A model generated the notes under the pieces. It saw only the letters and a list, made by a program, of their open reading frames with translations. It had not been told where the DNA came from and made no database searches. A stretch of DNA of 62,905 nt from Octopus bimaculoides (Eukaryota), in NCBI RefSeq assembly GCF_001194135.2, contig NC_068999.1:10260323-10323227 (forward strand), given 5' to 3'. Below are positions 37,243-52,000 of the stretch, piece after piece (within the stretch, counting starts at the first letter, position 1; every line of letters begins with the position of its first letter). The position numbers and the translations under genes were made by a program.

Positions 37243-38509
37243 CATATATATACACACATACACATATATAAGTGTGCGCATATGCATAACTAAACATGAT
37301 CATGCACATTTGCGTATATATGCCTGTAATAATGTGGATCTTGTATACCGTGTGTATGTATGTATGTATGTATATATATATATATGACAGGATATGGTTA
37401 TTTGTATTTACAGCTCAAAAGTTTTATCTTAATGAGAGACAGATTAATGACTACCGGGGAATATGTATGCTTGCATTTTTGCCATTTTCCAAAGTGAAAG
37501 ATTAAACAAATTGAAGAAAGACAACTTATATCTCGGTGTTTGGATAACTTCTGTTAAACCTCACCGCTCCCCAGAAACATCCATTATAAATATACATCCA
37601 CCTGTTTGATTCTTCTAAATAAATCAAATCTTTAATTTTGTAAATATGTAGGATTCTCACTTATCATGCAATCTTTTTAAAATAATGAAAATTATATCAA
37701 AAAGAAGGAAAACTTCACTTAAATCATTGGAGTAAATATAAAATGATAATCCTCTTAAATAGAAATCCTAATCATTTGAAACTGTGATGGTTTCTTAACA
37801 CCTTAGAGAGAGGGGTCTGGATGGTATCTGTATTATTACATACCTGAAAACATTTCACTCTGTAGGGGAGGGAAGTCTCTTTTTATTTTTAAAGCAGGAA
37901 GAGGGGATACATTTAGGAATACCTATCTGCTTGCTATATACATTCATATGATTGAAGTCGTTGCGTATATGCGTGTACTTGCTTTTTATCGAGTGTTTCC
38001 GATCGAAGAATGAACAAAACAGAAATAAATAGAATGCGGGAATATAGAGTTTCCCCAGCTTCAAAAATCAACACAACACTAAATACAAATTATGAAATTT
38101 GTTCTAAAAATTAAAGGAATTGAATCTTTTTTTTAAATTTTAACACAAAGACCAAACATCCGCTTACTGCTCATTTTCATCTGTAAGTCCTAAATATAAA
38201 AGACACATGAAAACTGTAACAGATTATTACTTGGACGAATTTCAGGAAAGCTTGTATCTAGTCCTACATAGCACGTAATCTACCTATGCTGGTACTTATA
38301 ATAGATCTCAATAATATATTTTTATTTATTTCTTACTTTTCTTTATTATTATATTATTCACCCCGCCTACTTACTGTAACGTTTTTGTGCCCCTGACAAC
38401 TTTTTGTTTATTTAATGAAACTTGGTGCTGTCATATATATTATATATATATGTGTGTATATGTTTATGACAATACATACTTCAAAAACCTACACATGTAC
38501 ACATACAAA

Positions 38510-38589
38510 ATGATGCAGCTTTGCGGAACAGCTCTCGGGAACTCATGTTTGCAAGGCAAATTTCTTAACCCCTCGGCCACGCCTGCGCC
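38510..38589 (-). mobile_element. SINE family A head, very diverged
   Basis: TTCTTAACCCCTCGGCCACGCCTGCGCC is the reverse complement of the GGCGCAGG.GTGG...GGTTAAG head. Confidence 0.5.
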
Positions 38590-39674
38590 CATGCATTTTT
38601 ATTGGAAAGCTGATAAGTAGGAATTCTGATAGCTGTGGGATGGTGTGTACCTTAAATTCAAATGGTCAGCCTCCTCTCATGTTGCATCATATTAATTCTG
38701 GTTGATGTACAAGTGTCTTTTCTGACCATCGTTCAGTCAATTATGTATGTTCAATGGAAAGATTGTTCATCCAACAACTCATCGTTTTAACAGACGGATA
38801 TCCATTTATTAAAGCTCGCACACACAAAATGTACGGTAAATTTTGAAGATAATTTATAGGTGACAAAACAAAACTTCTACTCTAGAACATCGGAGCCCTT
38901 CGCGCGCGATGGAAATATATGAATAACAAGGGAGGGGTGACGTATAAGTTAGTATTATTTTGTTGATTCGATTTTGTTTCAAAATGGCCGACTAAATTCG
39001 CAGTTCATTACTGAAGATAAAATGTAATCTATATATTATAATTAATATTTTATTTTCAACTATTTGGCCGCTGATGAAAGCGATAGCAGACTGTAGTACT
39101 TATGCCGCTAGCACTGTAGCCTCCTCTCCTTCACTTACACTATATTCTTATTTTAAATGCAGAGGACTTTAAATTTATTTTGTATTGATCACTACAGGGG
39201 TCGATAGGGAAAATTTACAAGACATATATGTATAAAAGTGTTTGTGTGTAAGTGTAACAATCACCATATGTTGAACTTATTCAGTCTTTTCTCGTGGAAG
39301 AATGATTTCCTTCTGATATTCGACATCATCAGCTATGTTATTACTTATGATACCGAGTAAAGGAAACGAAAAATCATTTCATAAGAAAACATTTATAATT
39401 TCAACTATCTGTCATGTATACTACACATTACTTCTAGGGATAGTATTCATATACTTAATATATAAACATTTTAGGTAAATAACTTTATGATATGCGTGTA
39501 TGTGTTTATGTTCATGTAAGACGTGTACGCATGTATATACACAGAGAAGTCAACTTAGTACTCTATATTCATCTTTCCCCACAATGTATTAGCTTGTACA
39601 TATGTTAAGAAATAACAATTATAAGGCAATAATTAATTAGCAGAATCGGTAATATCGAAAATAGTACCATTTTG

Positions 39675-39745
39675 TGTTCTAAATTCGAACCTCGCCAGGG
39701 TTGACTTTTTCTTTCTTCCATGGTCGATGAGATAAATATCAGTAA
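39675..39745 (+). mobile_element. SINE family C core, very diverged
   Basis: TTCGAACCTCGCCAGGGTTGACTTTTTCTTTC..GGTCGATGAGATAAATATCAGT. Confidence 0.45.
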
Positions 39746-42700
39746 AAAACGAAAACTGGAAGTTGATACAGTTGAATGAACCGTTCGTTTTACTTTGCAA
39801 ATTACTACTATCGTATAAATACATTAGAAACCGATTATTATTTGTACAATTCAGAGACGTTAATATGAAACAGAACATTTCTAAACCAAATATTTTAAAA
39901 AATATTTATTCTAGCTAGGCTAGATTTGAACTTACAACATCAGGTTAAACCCAAATTTTATGTTTTGCTTTCATATCATTTTTTTTTGTATGCTATTACA
40001 TAGGAACATTTCATAGGGCATCACTGATTTACTCGTATTGGGCATAATACCTATTTATCACAAATGCTAACCCCATATTTGTATATTTTCAAACTCGCCA
40101 AACTACATAAAGCAACAAAGACCACACATCGCCTTCCAGTTCTCCAGATACCTTTCAGTCAACTAACTGTTATGTTCGTTAGCCCCAGTGTAGCCTTATC
40201 GACCGAGCAGGTAGATCTATCCATGTTCGAAAACTTGCGCATTACATCTTAGCTTGGACATCATTATCCACTTTATTATACTTTTAGATGCAAGGGTGTA
40301 ATTTGAGGAAAATTTGGCTTCTGTTTCTAGAAAGTGGTTTTAACCGGTTATTGTAAAATGTGTTTGGTTCGTGGGATTAATAATTAACTGGTTTTTAAAA
40401 AAGAAAAAACCGTTATAAATAGATGCTTATCGAAACAGCGAATACTTGGCTTTTCCTTTCTTTACCTCATTACCAACTAAGTGAAAGATATACCAGTAAT
40501 TTACTAAGTGTATCTTTGTCTGATCAGTCTAATCTTTAATTTAGTAAGGTAGATGACTATTTTATTGCGAAAACTTACATCAGAACTTCGAAAACTTTAA
40601 TTAGTACTTATATCTCTCATGACTTGTTCAGACTAGTTTTATATCTACTGTATATTTATGTATTCAAATTGGGATGTTAATGTCATATTTTTAGCTTTAA
40701 TTTTAACGAAATTGTGTGAGGCATTTTTGTTTATTTTATTTGCTTTTTTTTAAATTTTATTAAAAGAATATTTTGTGCTCTCAAGCGTAACGTTTACGAA
40801 AACCAAATCGGAAAGAAACATAACCGTTATAACACTTACCAAGAATTTGCCACATCACAGGGACAAAAATAGTTTATTGGAAGTTCTAATCCACAGTAAA
40901 AGAAAAAAATATATATATATTAGCGATGAGTGAAATTGGGATTGCGCGGGTCGTTTTGCATATCTCTGCTTTGTTGAAAAACACCTATCACCCATGGTCT
41001 CCACATTCATTTTTTCAATAGGGATTAGTGTTCTTGTCTCCTTAACTGCAACCGAGTAACACCTGAAAACTAACCTAAAAAGGTCGATATACATCACGTA
41101 TTTTAACAATACTTTTGCGACAGGAATAAAACACCATGTCTTATTTTACTTTAGTAAAAATATATTATTCCTTGGTGATAATATTGTTACTCTCAATGAG
41201 TTGGTTTATTTACAAACCGACTCTTACAAATTCGCTATTTCAATAAAATATACACAAAGTTTCTGTCCGCATGGAAAAACATATTTTGCGAGGAAAGTTC
41301 CCTTATAAAACTAGTATACATTACATGTTCTAAAATGTACAAGAAATTATCCCATAGGTAGATTTTTATTAAGATTAGTAATAAAGGCGGGAAAAGCATT
41401 GTTCATACATTACCTAATCTATTATTATATCGGCAGGAATTTTAATATTTTACTTATTTCACCTACACTTAAAAACAGGTATCTCAATGTCTCAGAAAAT
41501 GTTGAATTATTATAGTGTTAGTTAGTATAATCAGATTTCTTTTACATTTTTTTTTTAAAAATTCAGTACATGAAATGGTTCTTTGACGAACATATATTTG
41601 CTCTGTTTAAACACTTAAGTTCTACATTTTTTTCACCGATTCCTTTTTTCATTTTTTTCTTCTTTTTATTATCATATTTACATAATACTTTATTTATGAA
41701 ATGTTTAATTAAGAAATAATTACAACTTCGATTAAGGTAAACTTCATAGAAATAGAAGCTCGAGCAGTGGTGTATTTTAAAAATTAGATTGAAAAATATA
41801 TACAATTGTTGAACGGTTGTCATGTTAATAGATATGGGTTCGTATCACACGGCCAACACTCGTCTTTTGTTTTAATTTGGTTTTTATCACAAACGATTTT
41901 TTCAGCCTAATATTTACATGTTCTTATAGCATTGTATGCGCTTCAAATCCATTTCTAAGACATAAAAGAAAATTCTTCCCCATACTCACGTAAGTTTATA
42001 AACTCTTGTCAACACACATGCACATATGATCATACCTACAAGCAAATTTCATACGGGAACATGTAGCATAGACTATAAATAGATATAGTCTCGAACCGAT
42101 AGTTCGGTAATTTTAAAGTTAAAACTAAAAATGAAAACAAATGTAGGTGTATCCTTCAAAAATTCACAGTAGTTGCTAAACACTAACACGAGTTAAGCAG
42201 CAGTGCTATACATAAACATAAGAGTTTTCCTAAACCAAAATCTGAGCGGCTTTTCTTCCGTTAGCCTCTCGATGTTGCTGTATGTGTTCGTAAGTAGCTA
42301 ATTGGTTAACAAATGCTTCTAGAACTGGCTTCTTATCCTCCTCCTCCTAAGTGCTTTCATAAACAGAAGCAAACACCACAAGAGAACTGAAGTACATCTT
42401 TATAGCCCTCTCTCTCACTTTCTCGCTCTTCCTCACTTTTAGTGTATTATTAGTTAATTAGTCACCTAGGTGTGTATATGTGTGTGAGTGTGTATTGTCT
42501 TCGAGATTTATATTAAGTTATCGACCACACCGTTAAATACATTAATATGAAAGTTAGATCGAAAGAGTCGTTAGAACATCGGACATATATGTTGCTGCCT
42601 TTTACCACTATTTCTGTTCTTGGTTCAAAACCCGACGAGATCTGTTAATAACCTTTCACCATTCCGGTCTCGATAATATAACTATTGCGACTATTCATAT

Positions 42701-43146
42701 CCACATAATACATCTAATAACCAAACTGAAAAATAAGGGACATATATAGTTTCGTAGTTTATTGAATAATCATTTAAATTGACGACTAAACACAGTGTTT
42801 GTGTATATGAGTCTATTTACACACACACACATTAGATTAAATTAAGATACATTCTACTTATAGGTTTATTTCAGTCGAATAACGTTTTTATTATTTAGTT
42901 GAAAATATATAATATTGTACGATATCTTTTATAATGTCAATCATTACATAAAAAAATTTAGAACGTATTAAAATTAATTTCAAGGAATAATTATTTCGTT
43001 CATTTGTCGAATCGTTTCGTCTGTTATCTAAATGAAACGACTATGGAGAATAGTTCTTAAAAGTGCACCCTCGCTTGTATTATAGACACATATGTAAATT
43101 TGTGTATGTACATACACACGTGTGTGTGTGTGTCTGTGTAGGGACG

Positions 43147-43177
<31 letters not shown>

Positions 43178-44194
43178 GTACATACGGATGTGTTTATACG
43201 GCTAATGTGCTACTTGGGTTTTAGCAAACACCTGTCCATACTTATATACTAACTCTCTTAAACAACTCGCATTCTCTCTCACACCATCCTTCTCCTTTCA
43301 CTTCCTAAGCTTTTTTATGCTTCTTTTGCAGGGATTGGGAGAAAGAAAAATCGGTGTAGACGAGACAAGTAGTTTGATGCTTACTGTGGGACTTGAAACA
43401 CAAATCTGATTAAAGCAGTTAAAAAAAATATAAAATATATACATAGACATATACATCACAAACTCCTGATACCCTGAATGATAGTAACAATAATAATAAT
43501 AATAATAAAAAAAGAAATTTCATACATTCCATTAAAAAAAGAAACTATTCTGTTAATTTTTTTTCTCTCTGTGTTTGTCTTCTTTATATCCATACATGAA
43601 ACTTCATACATAAGGAGGGGAAATTCAAGAGACTTAAGGCTAATAAATTTTGCCCTTAAACAAACACTAATCTGGCAACATATTCTTGAGGTTATTGCTC
43701 ACATTTTGCTAGAAATAGCAACTAAATCACCCCCGACCGTCTTCAAACAGGAAAATACATATTGGAAAATATAGTACGTAATACCAAAATTTCTGAAATA
43801 TTTGTGCTGCAAAATTGTATGAATTAAGCTCAAAGACTGAATTCACCTGAGACAAAATACCAAACCATATTTTAATCAGAAAACTTGCTCATAATATTTG
43901 TCAAAAGTAAAAGAGAAATAGTTCTTTGGTAGTGTACTGCTTAAAATTTGAATTCAGGGATTGTTAATTCAAATCTAATCGCCAGGTTTTACAGCACATC
44001 ACATATTATTATCTGAGTTTGTCTACAAATACGTACCAGGTTAGGGTAATATTATGTGATGGATTAATGTCCTCCTCTCCATCAGCTTATCTGTTTCAGA
44101 TAATTAAACTAGTGTTTATTAAGTACCAATTCAAAATTGTTAGACACTTTCACCAAACGACCAATCAGGGTAATGTAGGATGTGTTGCATGAAT

Positions 44195-44255
<61 letters not shown>

Positions 44256-44926
44256 CACACACACACATACATACATACATTGTTTGTTTTTATGTCCAGT
44301 TACCATAGAAACAATTTTACATTAATCCAATGCTGGCTAGCTGGCCGAAACATCAGAATAACTGTCAACAACGTTCTTGTATAAGAACCACACANNNNNN
44401 NNNNNNNNNNNNNNNNNNNNNNNNNNNNNNNNNNNNNNNNNNNNNNNNNNNNNNNNNNNNNNNNNNNNNNNNNNNNNNNNNNNNNNNNNNNNNNNNNNNN
44501 NNNNNNNNNNNNNNNNNNNNNNNNNNNNNNNNNNNNNNNNNNNNNNNNNNNNNNNNNNNNNNNNNNNNNNNNNNNNNNNNNNNNNNNNNNNNNNNNNNNN
44601 NNNNNNNNNNNNNNNNNNNNNNNNNNNNNNNNNNNNNNNNNNNNNNNNNNNNNNNNNNNNNNNNNNNNNNNNNNNNNNNNNNNNNNNNNNNNNNNNNNNN
44701 NNNNNNNNNNNNNNNNNNNNNNNNNNNNNNNNNNNNNNNNNNNNNNNNNNNNNNNNNNNNNNNNNNNNNNNNNNNNNNNNNNNNNNNNNAAGTTTTTTTT
44801 TTTACTTCTGTGTGTGTGTATTAAATGCGTGTATGTACGTGTGTGGGTTCTAAAATATGTTAATGCATTTACAAAATCATATGTTTATAGATATGTGTGG
44901 GTACATATTTGTGTACACCTGTGTAT

Positions 44927-44967
<41 letters not shown>

Positions 44968-45035
44968 TCGAGGTATAGATGCTATTTGTGGGTATATGTA
45001 CATATATATTTGTATATGCGTCTTTGTCAACATGC

Positions 45036-45084
45036 TAAGGCCGTGCACTAGCATGGCTACAGTCAAATGACAAACACGTAAAAG
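45036..45084 (+). mobile_element. SINE family A extreme 3' fragment
   Basis: TAAGGCCGTGCACTAGCATGGCTACAGTCAAATGAC..ACACGTAAAAG. Confidence 0.55.
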
Positions 45085-46654
45085 GCTATATATGCATATA
45101 TATATATATATATATATATATACACCTGCGGTAGATAAAACTGTAGATCTCTCTATATCATATACAACTTTTAGCTTAGGGAAATAAACAAAAAAACATG
45201 AATACGGGTTTGATATTTAAAATATTATACGCCTCTGTGTGTATGTGCTTTGCATTCTTTTTATTTCATATATCACTAGAGTTAAATAGATTTTGGGGCA
45301 AAAAATCTTGTTGTATAGTTGTATAGAATTATTAAGGCAACAAACCTTTATAAGTTTATACTTCTATCATTTTAAATACAAACTTAATACTGAGGGTACA
45401 GTGACAGAAAACCAAAATGGTCACAACACTTTTCAAAATACGTAGCACGAGCCGTTCTACAATGGGTTCAAATTCCACCGTGGGTATCTTTGACCTTTTG
45501 ATAATTTGTAATATGTTGACACATACATTATATATCAATTAACAATTTGGGTAGCTGGCATGTATATTCGGTTCAATCCAATGTCTATGATATATGCACA
45601 CCTGAACACCTCATTGTACTTGTATATAAAACCATTATTTAAAAACAAAAAATCATTCTATACTCCTCGTACTGATTGTTAATGTACCCTTATCACTGAG
45701 ATATAACTGCTAAAGTAGTGACGTGTGCTGTTCACCAATCGCAAGGTAATGAAGGTCTCGTGAAGCCCAGATGCCAAACGGTTTCAATTCCACTTGGAAG
45801 CTACGTCACTTCATTTAAAACATTACATTTTTCCCTTGCTTTGAAGTATGGGGAGGGGAAACATGGACAGAGCAATGTCCATGATTCCCCCCTTCTGTCT
45901 ATACAATACTTAGGCCTTGTGTGCCCAGTCAAAAAGAAACCAAATCCTATTGCTAGGTTAGTATTGAGCTAATTGCCATAACATATATGTATTACTGGCA
46001 ACGTCTCAATATACAAAATCTGCAATCCGGTTTCTCTCTCCCGTTGGAACAATTTCTTTTCTCCTTTATTTTCTTTTGAATTCAACTTCCTTGAATGAAA
46101 GCATGAACATTAAAGTCTTTTTATCTCACCCTCTTTTAAAAATAATAATTGTTTAGTGTTCATCTGTAAAATGATCATGCAGAATTAAATAGACGCAGTT
46201 GACTTGGCGATTTTCATTAACATCTTCAGAGTGTTGTGTTGTGTTGGAGAGATTGAACCCTAACTCAATACGATTACTTTCCATTTTAACACCCGGGGAA
46301 TTCGAAGAAAAAATTATCCTGAGATTAGGAAATTACAAATGTATTCGACTTGACACTACTATACTAACACACTCGTGCTTACCCCATTTCAGTTTGGTCA
46401 TCTGTTTGAGAGAGCTTCTGATGAAGAGCGCTCCAAGGTGACAATCTAGAACTACATTATCGAATCCCACCCTTCGTTTTATGTGGTCAAGTGATTAATT
46501 GGCTGCAGTTTCTAACAAGTTTAATGACTGTGTAACGCAGCTGTTTTGGAACCATTTTACGGTCATAGATTGGTGAATCGCAAGTCCAAGTTGTATGTGT
46601 GCACTCTGCTCTAAGAAAAGCAGTAAGCTTTAATTTCACCACTCACCCTTCACA

Positions 46655-46698
<44 letters not shown>

Positions 46699-47562
46699 GT
46701 ATGTATATATGGGAAGCAGAGTGGTGAAAAATTTATAGTTCTCCAGATTTGAACCGTTTAAGTCTCAACATTTTAAAGTTTGTAAAACCTTCAACAGAAT
46801 TCAGGTTAAAGGTTTCATGCTTTCATGGGGGTCCACATCTTTTGAATTGAGACTTACCTCTTTCAATAAAGCAATAAATTAGATGTTTTGATATTCTGAG
46901 CTTCAATCTTTTCAGCTGAAAATTTCTTAGGTTCAACAATTTTTTAATATATCTAACTATTTGATTAAAAATATGATCCTGCTATAATATGAGTTTATCT
47001 ATATTTATGTCAGTTATAAGCTTAGGTGAAATTAATTTTTTAATATCACTATCCAGAAAGGTGGTATTAATATCTCGTCCTCTTAGCATTATTTGCTTGA
47101 GTTTAGCTAAGGGTTTCCTTCAAATTACTCCTTTCCAGTCCGATAACATTGGTACAGTTTGATCCATACATCAATGCACTTCCTCTTTAAATACTTATGT
47201 AGGATTGCGTCAATGTAAAAAAAAATAGTATTGTTATTATGTAAACTATATGCTAAACAATGTAATTAATTTATGTTAGTGTAGCAGCGTGCACAGACTT
47301 CATAAAGACTTTGACTTCCTGTTCACCAAATCCATAAACCCTGTCTATTTTGGTTCATGTTTTAATCCACTGCATTTCAATCGAATATCTCATGCAATAA
47401 TGCATAATTCACCATATATCACATATGGTAATGCATACTTGTTGACATCATTTATTTTTTAGATGCACATATATGGTATGCTACCTTTTATACTGACTCA
47501 AAACTATATTTTTCATTTAGACTAGGACATTTGCGGTACATATTTAGGTTATTTGCATCGTA

Positions 47563-47705
47563 ATTTCAAATCCCGCCGAGGTTTATTTTTGCTTTTAATC
47601 ATCCTGGAGTCGATAAAATAATGTGCCAGTTACGTACTTAGCTTAATATTGTCGGTTATATAACTCTCTTAAAACTGTGGTCTTGTGCCTTCGTTAGAAA
47701 TAATT
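47563..47705 (+). mobile_element. SINE family C, old copy
   Basis: TTCAAATCCCGCCGAGG...GCTTTTAATC..GGAGTCGATAAAATAA..CCAGTTACGTACT...GGTCTTGTGCC. Confidence 0.6.
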
Positions 47706-48862
47706 AATTTTATCGCTTCACCAAAGTAATAATGTTGATCATTCTATTATGTCTTAGTTAAGATGTTATGACATTTATCATATTCAAATAAGTCCGGTCT
47801 TAGTAATTATTTCCAACATAATTTTTTAGATTCATCCAAGAAGTAATTAACATTATTCATCAATGTCGCATACATTGGGGAAATTAGTATATTAAAGAAA
47901 ATTATATTCGCTTTTATCTCAAGTCGTTATGAAATTCAGAAATTTCTTGCATGAAATAAACATTGAAGTAAATTCTAGCAGAGAATTATTATAAAATAAG
48001 TAATCTGAAATATTGCTGATGGTTTGTAAAATAAAATTAAGTAGGTTTGTCCTGGAGAAATGGGAGTTCTGTTTTTTTTTTCTTTTTTTCTTTATTTTTT
48101 AGGAGAATTCCCCTTCCGAAACGAAACAGTTACCTTCTAATCATTGCATTCAAAATTACCTGATTAGATTAATGTTATTTAATCAAATAACAGCCACAGC
48201 TTTGGATAACAGATTAGTCATAAAAAAGAGAAAACAAATGTTTAGGTAGGTTTTGGCCTAAGTGAATTTTTGCAGAAATTTGTATGAGTTGTATGTCAGC
48301 GAATAAGTAAAAAAGGATTTTTAGCGGGTTTCTTTGATCTCGACTGTTTCTAAATGTAGACTAGGAAATTCGCTAACCAATAGCATTTCCCAAATATTAT
48401 GAGATTGTTCATTCAAAAGAAGGATTATAATATCGTAACAAAAACAGAGCGATTTTTTTTTAAGTTGCTAAGACTGAAGGAATAGGCGAGCCAATGATCT
48501 TTTCAGGCTCTTCGCCACTGGTGAGATTGATGTCATAATTCTTCTCTTTAAACTGTTGCAGTTCAACACCTACCGGATAGATATGAGCAGGGGAAATATA
48601 CCAGAGGATCGACGTATATGAGACGTACGCATAGTGGTTAATGCGGGGACAGGAGGATTGGGCACAATAAGGGTACCATGTGGTGCACAGACAAGTGGGG
48701 CTATGACGCCTGTTGATGACAACTTTCTACTTCGTTGCGAATAGAAATTCAAAATTATAAATTTACATTAAACTAAATATTCTGAAACAGAAGGTTAGTT
48801 TTTCTTCTTCATGAAATCGTTCCGTAAAATATTTCTGATTAAGGCATAATGCATGAAATTTG

Positions 48863-49030
48863 GAGGAGGGTGCTAATCGATTACATCGGCCCTAGTGAGT
48901 ACTTCATGCGTACTTTCATCAACGCCTGAAGGATTAGAAACACAATAGATCTCGGCGGGATTTGAACCAAGAGAGTAAAGAACCAGCAGAAATAACGTAA
49001 GGCACTTTGTCGACTCTCTAACGATTCTGA
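48863..49030 (-). mobile_element. SINE family C-like, old copy
   Basis: AATCGATTACATCG.CCC.AGT...GAAGGAT...CTCGGCGGGATTTGAAC...AACGATTCTG. Confidence 0.55.
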
Positions 49031-52000
49031 CATAATCGTGGAACCTGTATTTGGAGGATGGGACAATAAGAAATTAAATGTTCATGCGTATCACTTTAAT
49101 GAAGGCGTTAAAATACAAACTATTTCTGTAATAGTGGTATCACACAATACTAGACATTTTTAAAGAAATAGTACAAACGATGGTACTCTTAAAACTCCAC
49201 GCCTGCTATCACTCAAAGTTGAAAGGCAATATCGGCTATGGTGGATTTTGAACTCAGAACGAAAGGGAAAGAATATCAAATTTTGTAGTACGTAACTACT
49301 TTATTTGGGATTCCACTTTTTCTATCCCTTACGCTTTATTATATGTGAGTAAAGTGTCAAGAAGAAATTTTGCAGAAGTGAAAGAAATTCTATCCCGCTT
49401 ACTGGTATATTCCCGCTAAAAAAATACATTGAGCGCATTTATGTTTGTGTAAGGCATATTCCTCACTTTCTACACAGAAATATTTCCATGGGCGTTTTAA
49501 AGAAATAATATCCAAATTTTTAAAGGAAAGAATTACGTTTACTTCTAAGTACATCTTTCATTAAAATGTAGAAGTATGTACATATCGAATAGAATTCAAA
49601 TTTCCCCCATGGTACACACACATTGCTAGTTTCATATTTAGGATTAAAATCCATGTAAAGCATGTAAAAATGTGGTCAGTGGTGACACAAAGATTAGTTA
49701 CATCTCTATTCCCCGGGTGTCGAAGTTCAAATTTCATATATTGTGTTTTGTTTTTATCACCTGTCTCTAATCCTTAACAAAAAAATTAAAAAATATATAA
49801 TCTCCAGTAAGTCTGACACATCTGGGTAGAAGGACTAAAATAAATAAAAATTAAATAAAAGTATGTCTTAAATATTTCAACANNNNNNNNNNNNNNNNNN
49901 NNNNNNNNNNNNNNNNNNNNNNNNNNNNNNNNNNNNNNNNNNNNNNNNNNNNNNNNNNNNNNNNNTATATATATATATATATATTTCCATGGATATATAT
50001 ATGCATATATATAACACTTAAAAATAAATAACAAAAAATGAAATTAAATTAAATGGTCTTGCACTGAAATAGTTGCATTTAAATAAAATTTCCATTTATT
50101 TTTTTGTTCTTCCATCTTCTTGTTCCTTATTTTTTTTCCTTTTTATTTATACTGAAGTTGATCCTGCATTCGATCTAAGTTTTATTATTATTATTATTAC
50201 TATTACTACTTTGATCTATGTTCGCTATTAAGTGTTTGTTTACCTTAATCAATAATAAATATTTCAGTTGACTGATCAGTAAATGGATAATTATAATAAA
50301 ATATAATAGAAAATAAAGGTTTATCATTACATTTTAATCAATGAACTAATTAATTGATTATATACTTTCTCATCTTAGGAGACTATTTTTGATACTGAAG
50401 TTCTTAGTTTTCATAACTTTCAGTTTAGTTTGGGATTATAAATTAATCTAGTCAGTTTTATTTCTCTCAACATTTCTTAATATAATAAAATAATACACAG
50501 CATAATATTGTAAATTCCTATCTATTTCTATCATCAACTGAAAGATTTATGTAATAAATGAAGTTGTTCTTACAGACATTATAGATTAAAAAGATTGTAT
50601 ATCATTAACTTACACTTGAGAAGTTATTTTTTTCTTTTTAACGTGGATATTTCTAATTATTAATTAAAAGGCATTTAAACTCACTTTCCTTAAAATTTGT
50701 TGTTACAATGTTAATATTTTCTATTTTATGAGACATACTCAGAAAAAAGGGAGGGATCTTCTTCAGTTTCGACGATGATTCAGTTGAAAACCACTGTCCT
50801 ACTTGCTCATTGAATTAGACAAATGTACTAATTCTAATGCAAAATCAGCCTCATAGACGTAGGCGACAAGGCTGACCGTTTAAATTAAAGGTATAGTCCA
50901 TCGGACTGGATCCAGTTTCCGCCAACGCAAATTCATTCAGAATATTTTGTAAACTAAATTTTGATATTTCTACATTTTCATTTCCTGTTCAAAATATTAC
51001 TTATCCACATTTTTTTACAAAATTCTTCTCATTTACAATCATTTCTTTCTCTTATTTACACATCAAATCGTTTAACATTTTCTCAATGACTGCATTATAC
51101 TAAATTGTAAACACAATTTTCTTTGTTTTTTATTTTTTTTTTATTTTTTGCAGAATAAATAATAATATAACCTGTTCTCTGATGAATCATTTTTCCATCA
51201 ATTTACTTAGAATTATCCACGTTAAAAAGAAGAAAATATATATATTTATAAATATATTTTTCTGTTAATAATTTTCCTAAACATCTTATTTCAGAATTGA
51301 TAACAATCAATTATTTTCCCCTGTAGATCTTTTCAACGACTTCAAAACAAAACAAAAAAAAAATAATATATATATATATAATAATAAAAATATAAAAAAG
51401 TACAATCCAAACAACAAAAGACCCAAAGTTCTTCAGATATGCTTGGAGTTATATTTACGGAAACAAAATCCATCAACATGACAAGGCATTGCATTAACTT
51501 CTCCATATGAAAGGATCTGCGCGAAATTTTTATTTCACCGAACCGAAAATTATTTCTCTCTGCAATGGATATTTTCCTTCTCCCACAGCAACTAACTTAG
51601 GTGAGCTACTTTCTCTGATGCGATGGGTTTGCTATATATATATATATATATATATNNNNNNNNNNNNNNNNNNNNNNNNNNNNNNNNNNNNNNNNNNNNN
51701 NNNNNNNNNNNNNNNNNNNNNNNNNNNNNNNNNNNNNNNNNNNNNNNNNNNNNNNNNNNNNNNNNNNNNNNNNNNNNNNNNNNNNNNNNNNNNNNNNNNN
51801 NNNNNNNNNNNNNNNNNNNNNNNNNNNNNNNNNNNNNNNNNNNNNNNNNNNNNNNNNNNNNNNNNAATTCTGCCAACATTTTTACCTATCTCACCTTTTT
51901 TTAAAAAAAAGAACTTGGACCTTAAACTAAAAAAAAAATATTGATTGAATGAAAAAGTAATATAAAAGCCAAAACAAAACAAAAGAAAAATAACAAAGGA

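Noticed and set aside
39066-39100. CTGATGAAAGCGATAGCAGACTGTAG, hammerhead-like
   Set aside because: No GAAA, only a 2-bp stem II, no stem I.
46411-46440. CTGATGA-A-GAGCGCTC, hammerhead-like start
   Set aside because: Followed by CAAG rather than GAAA, with no stem I partner.
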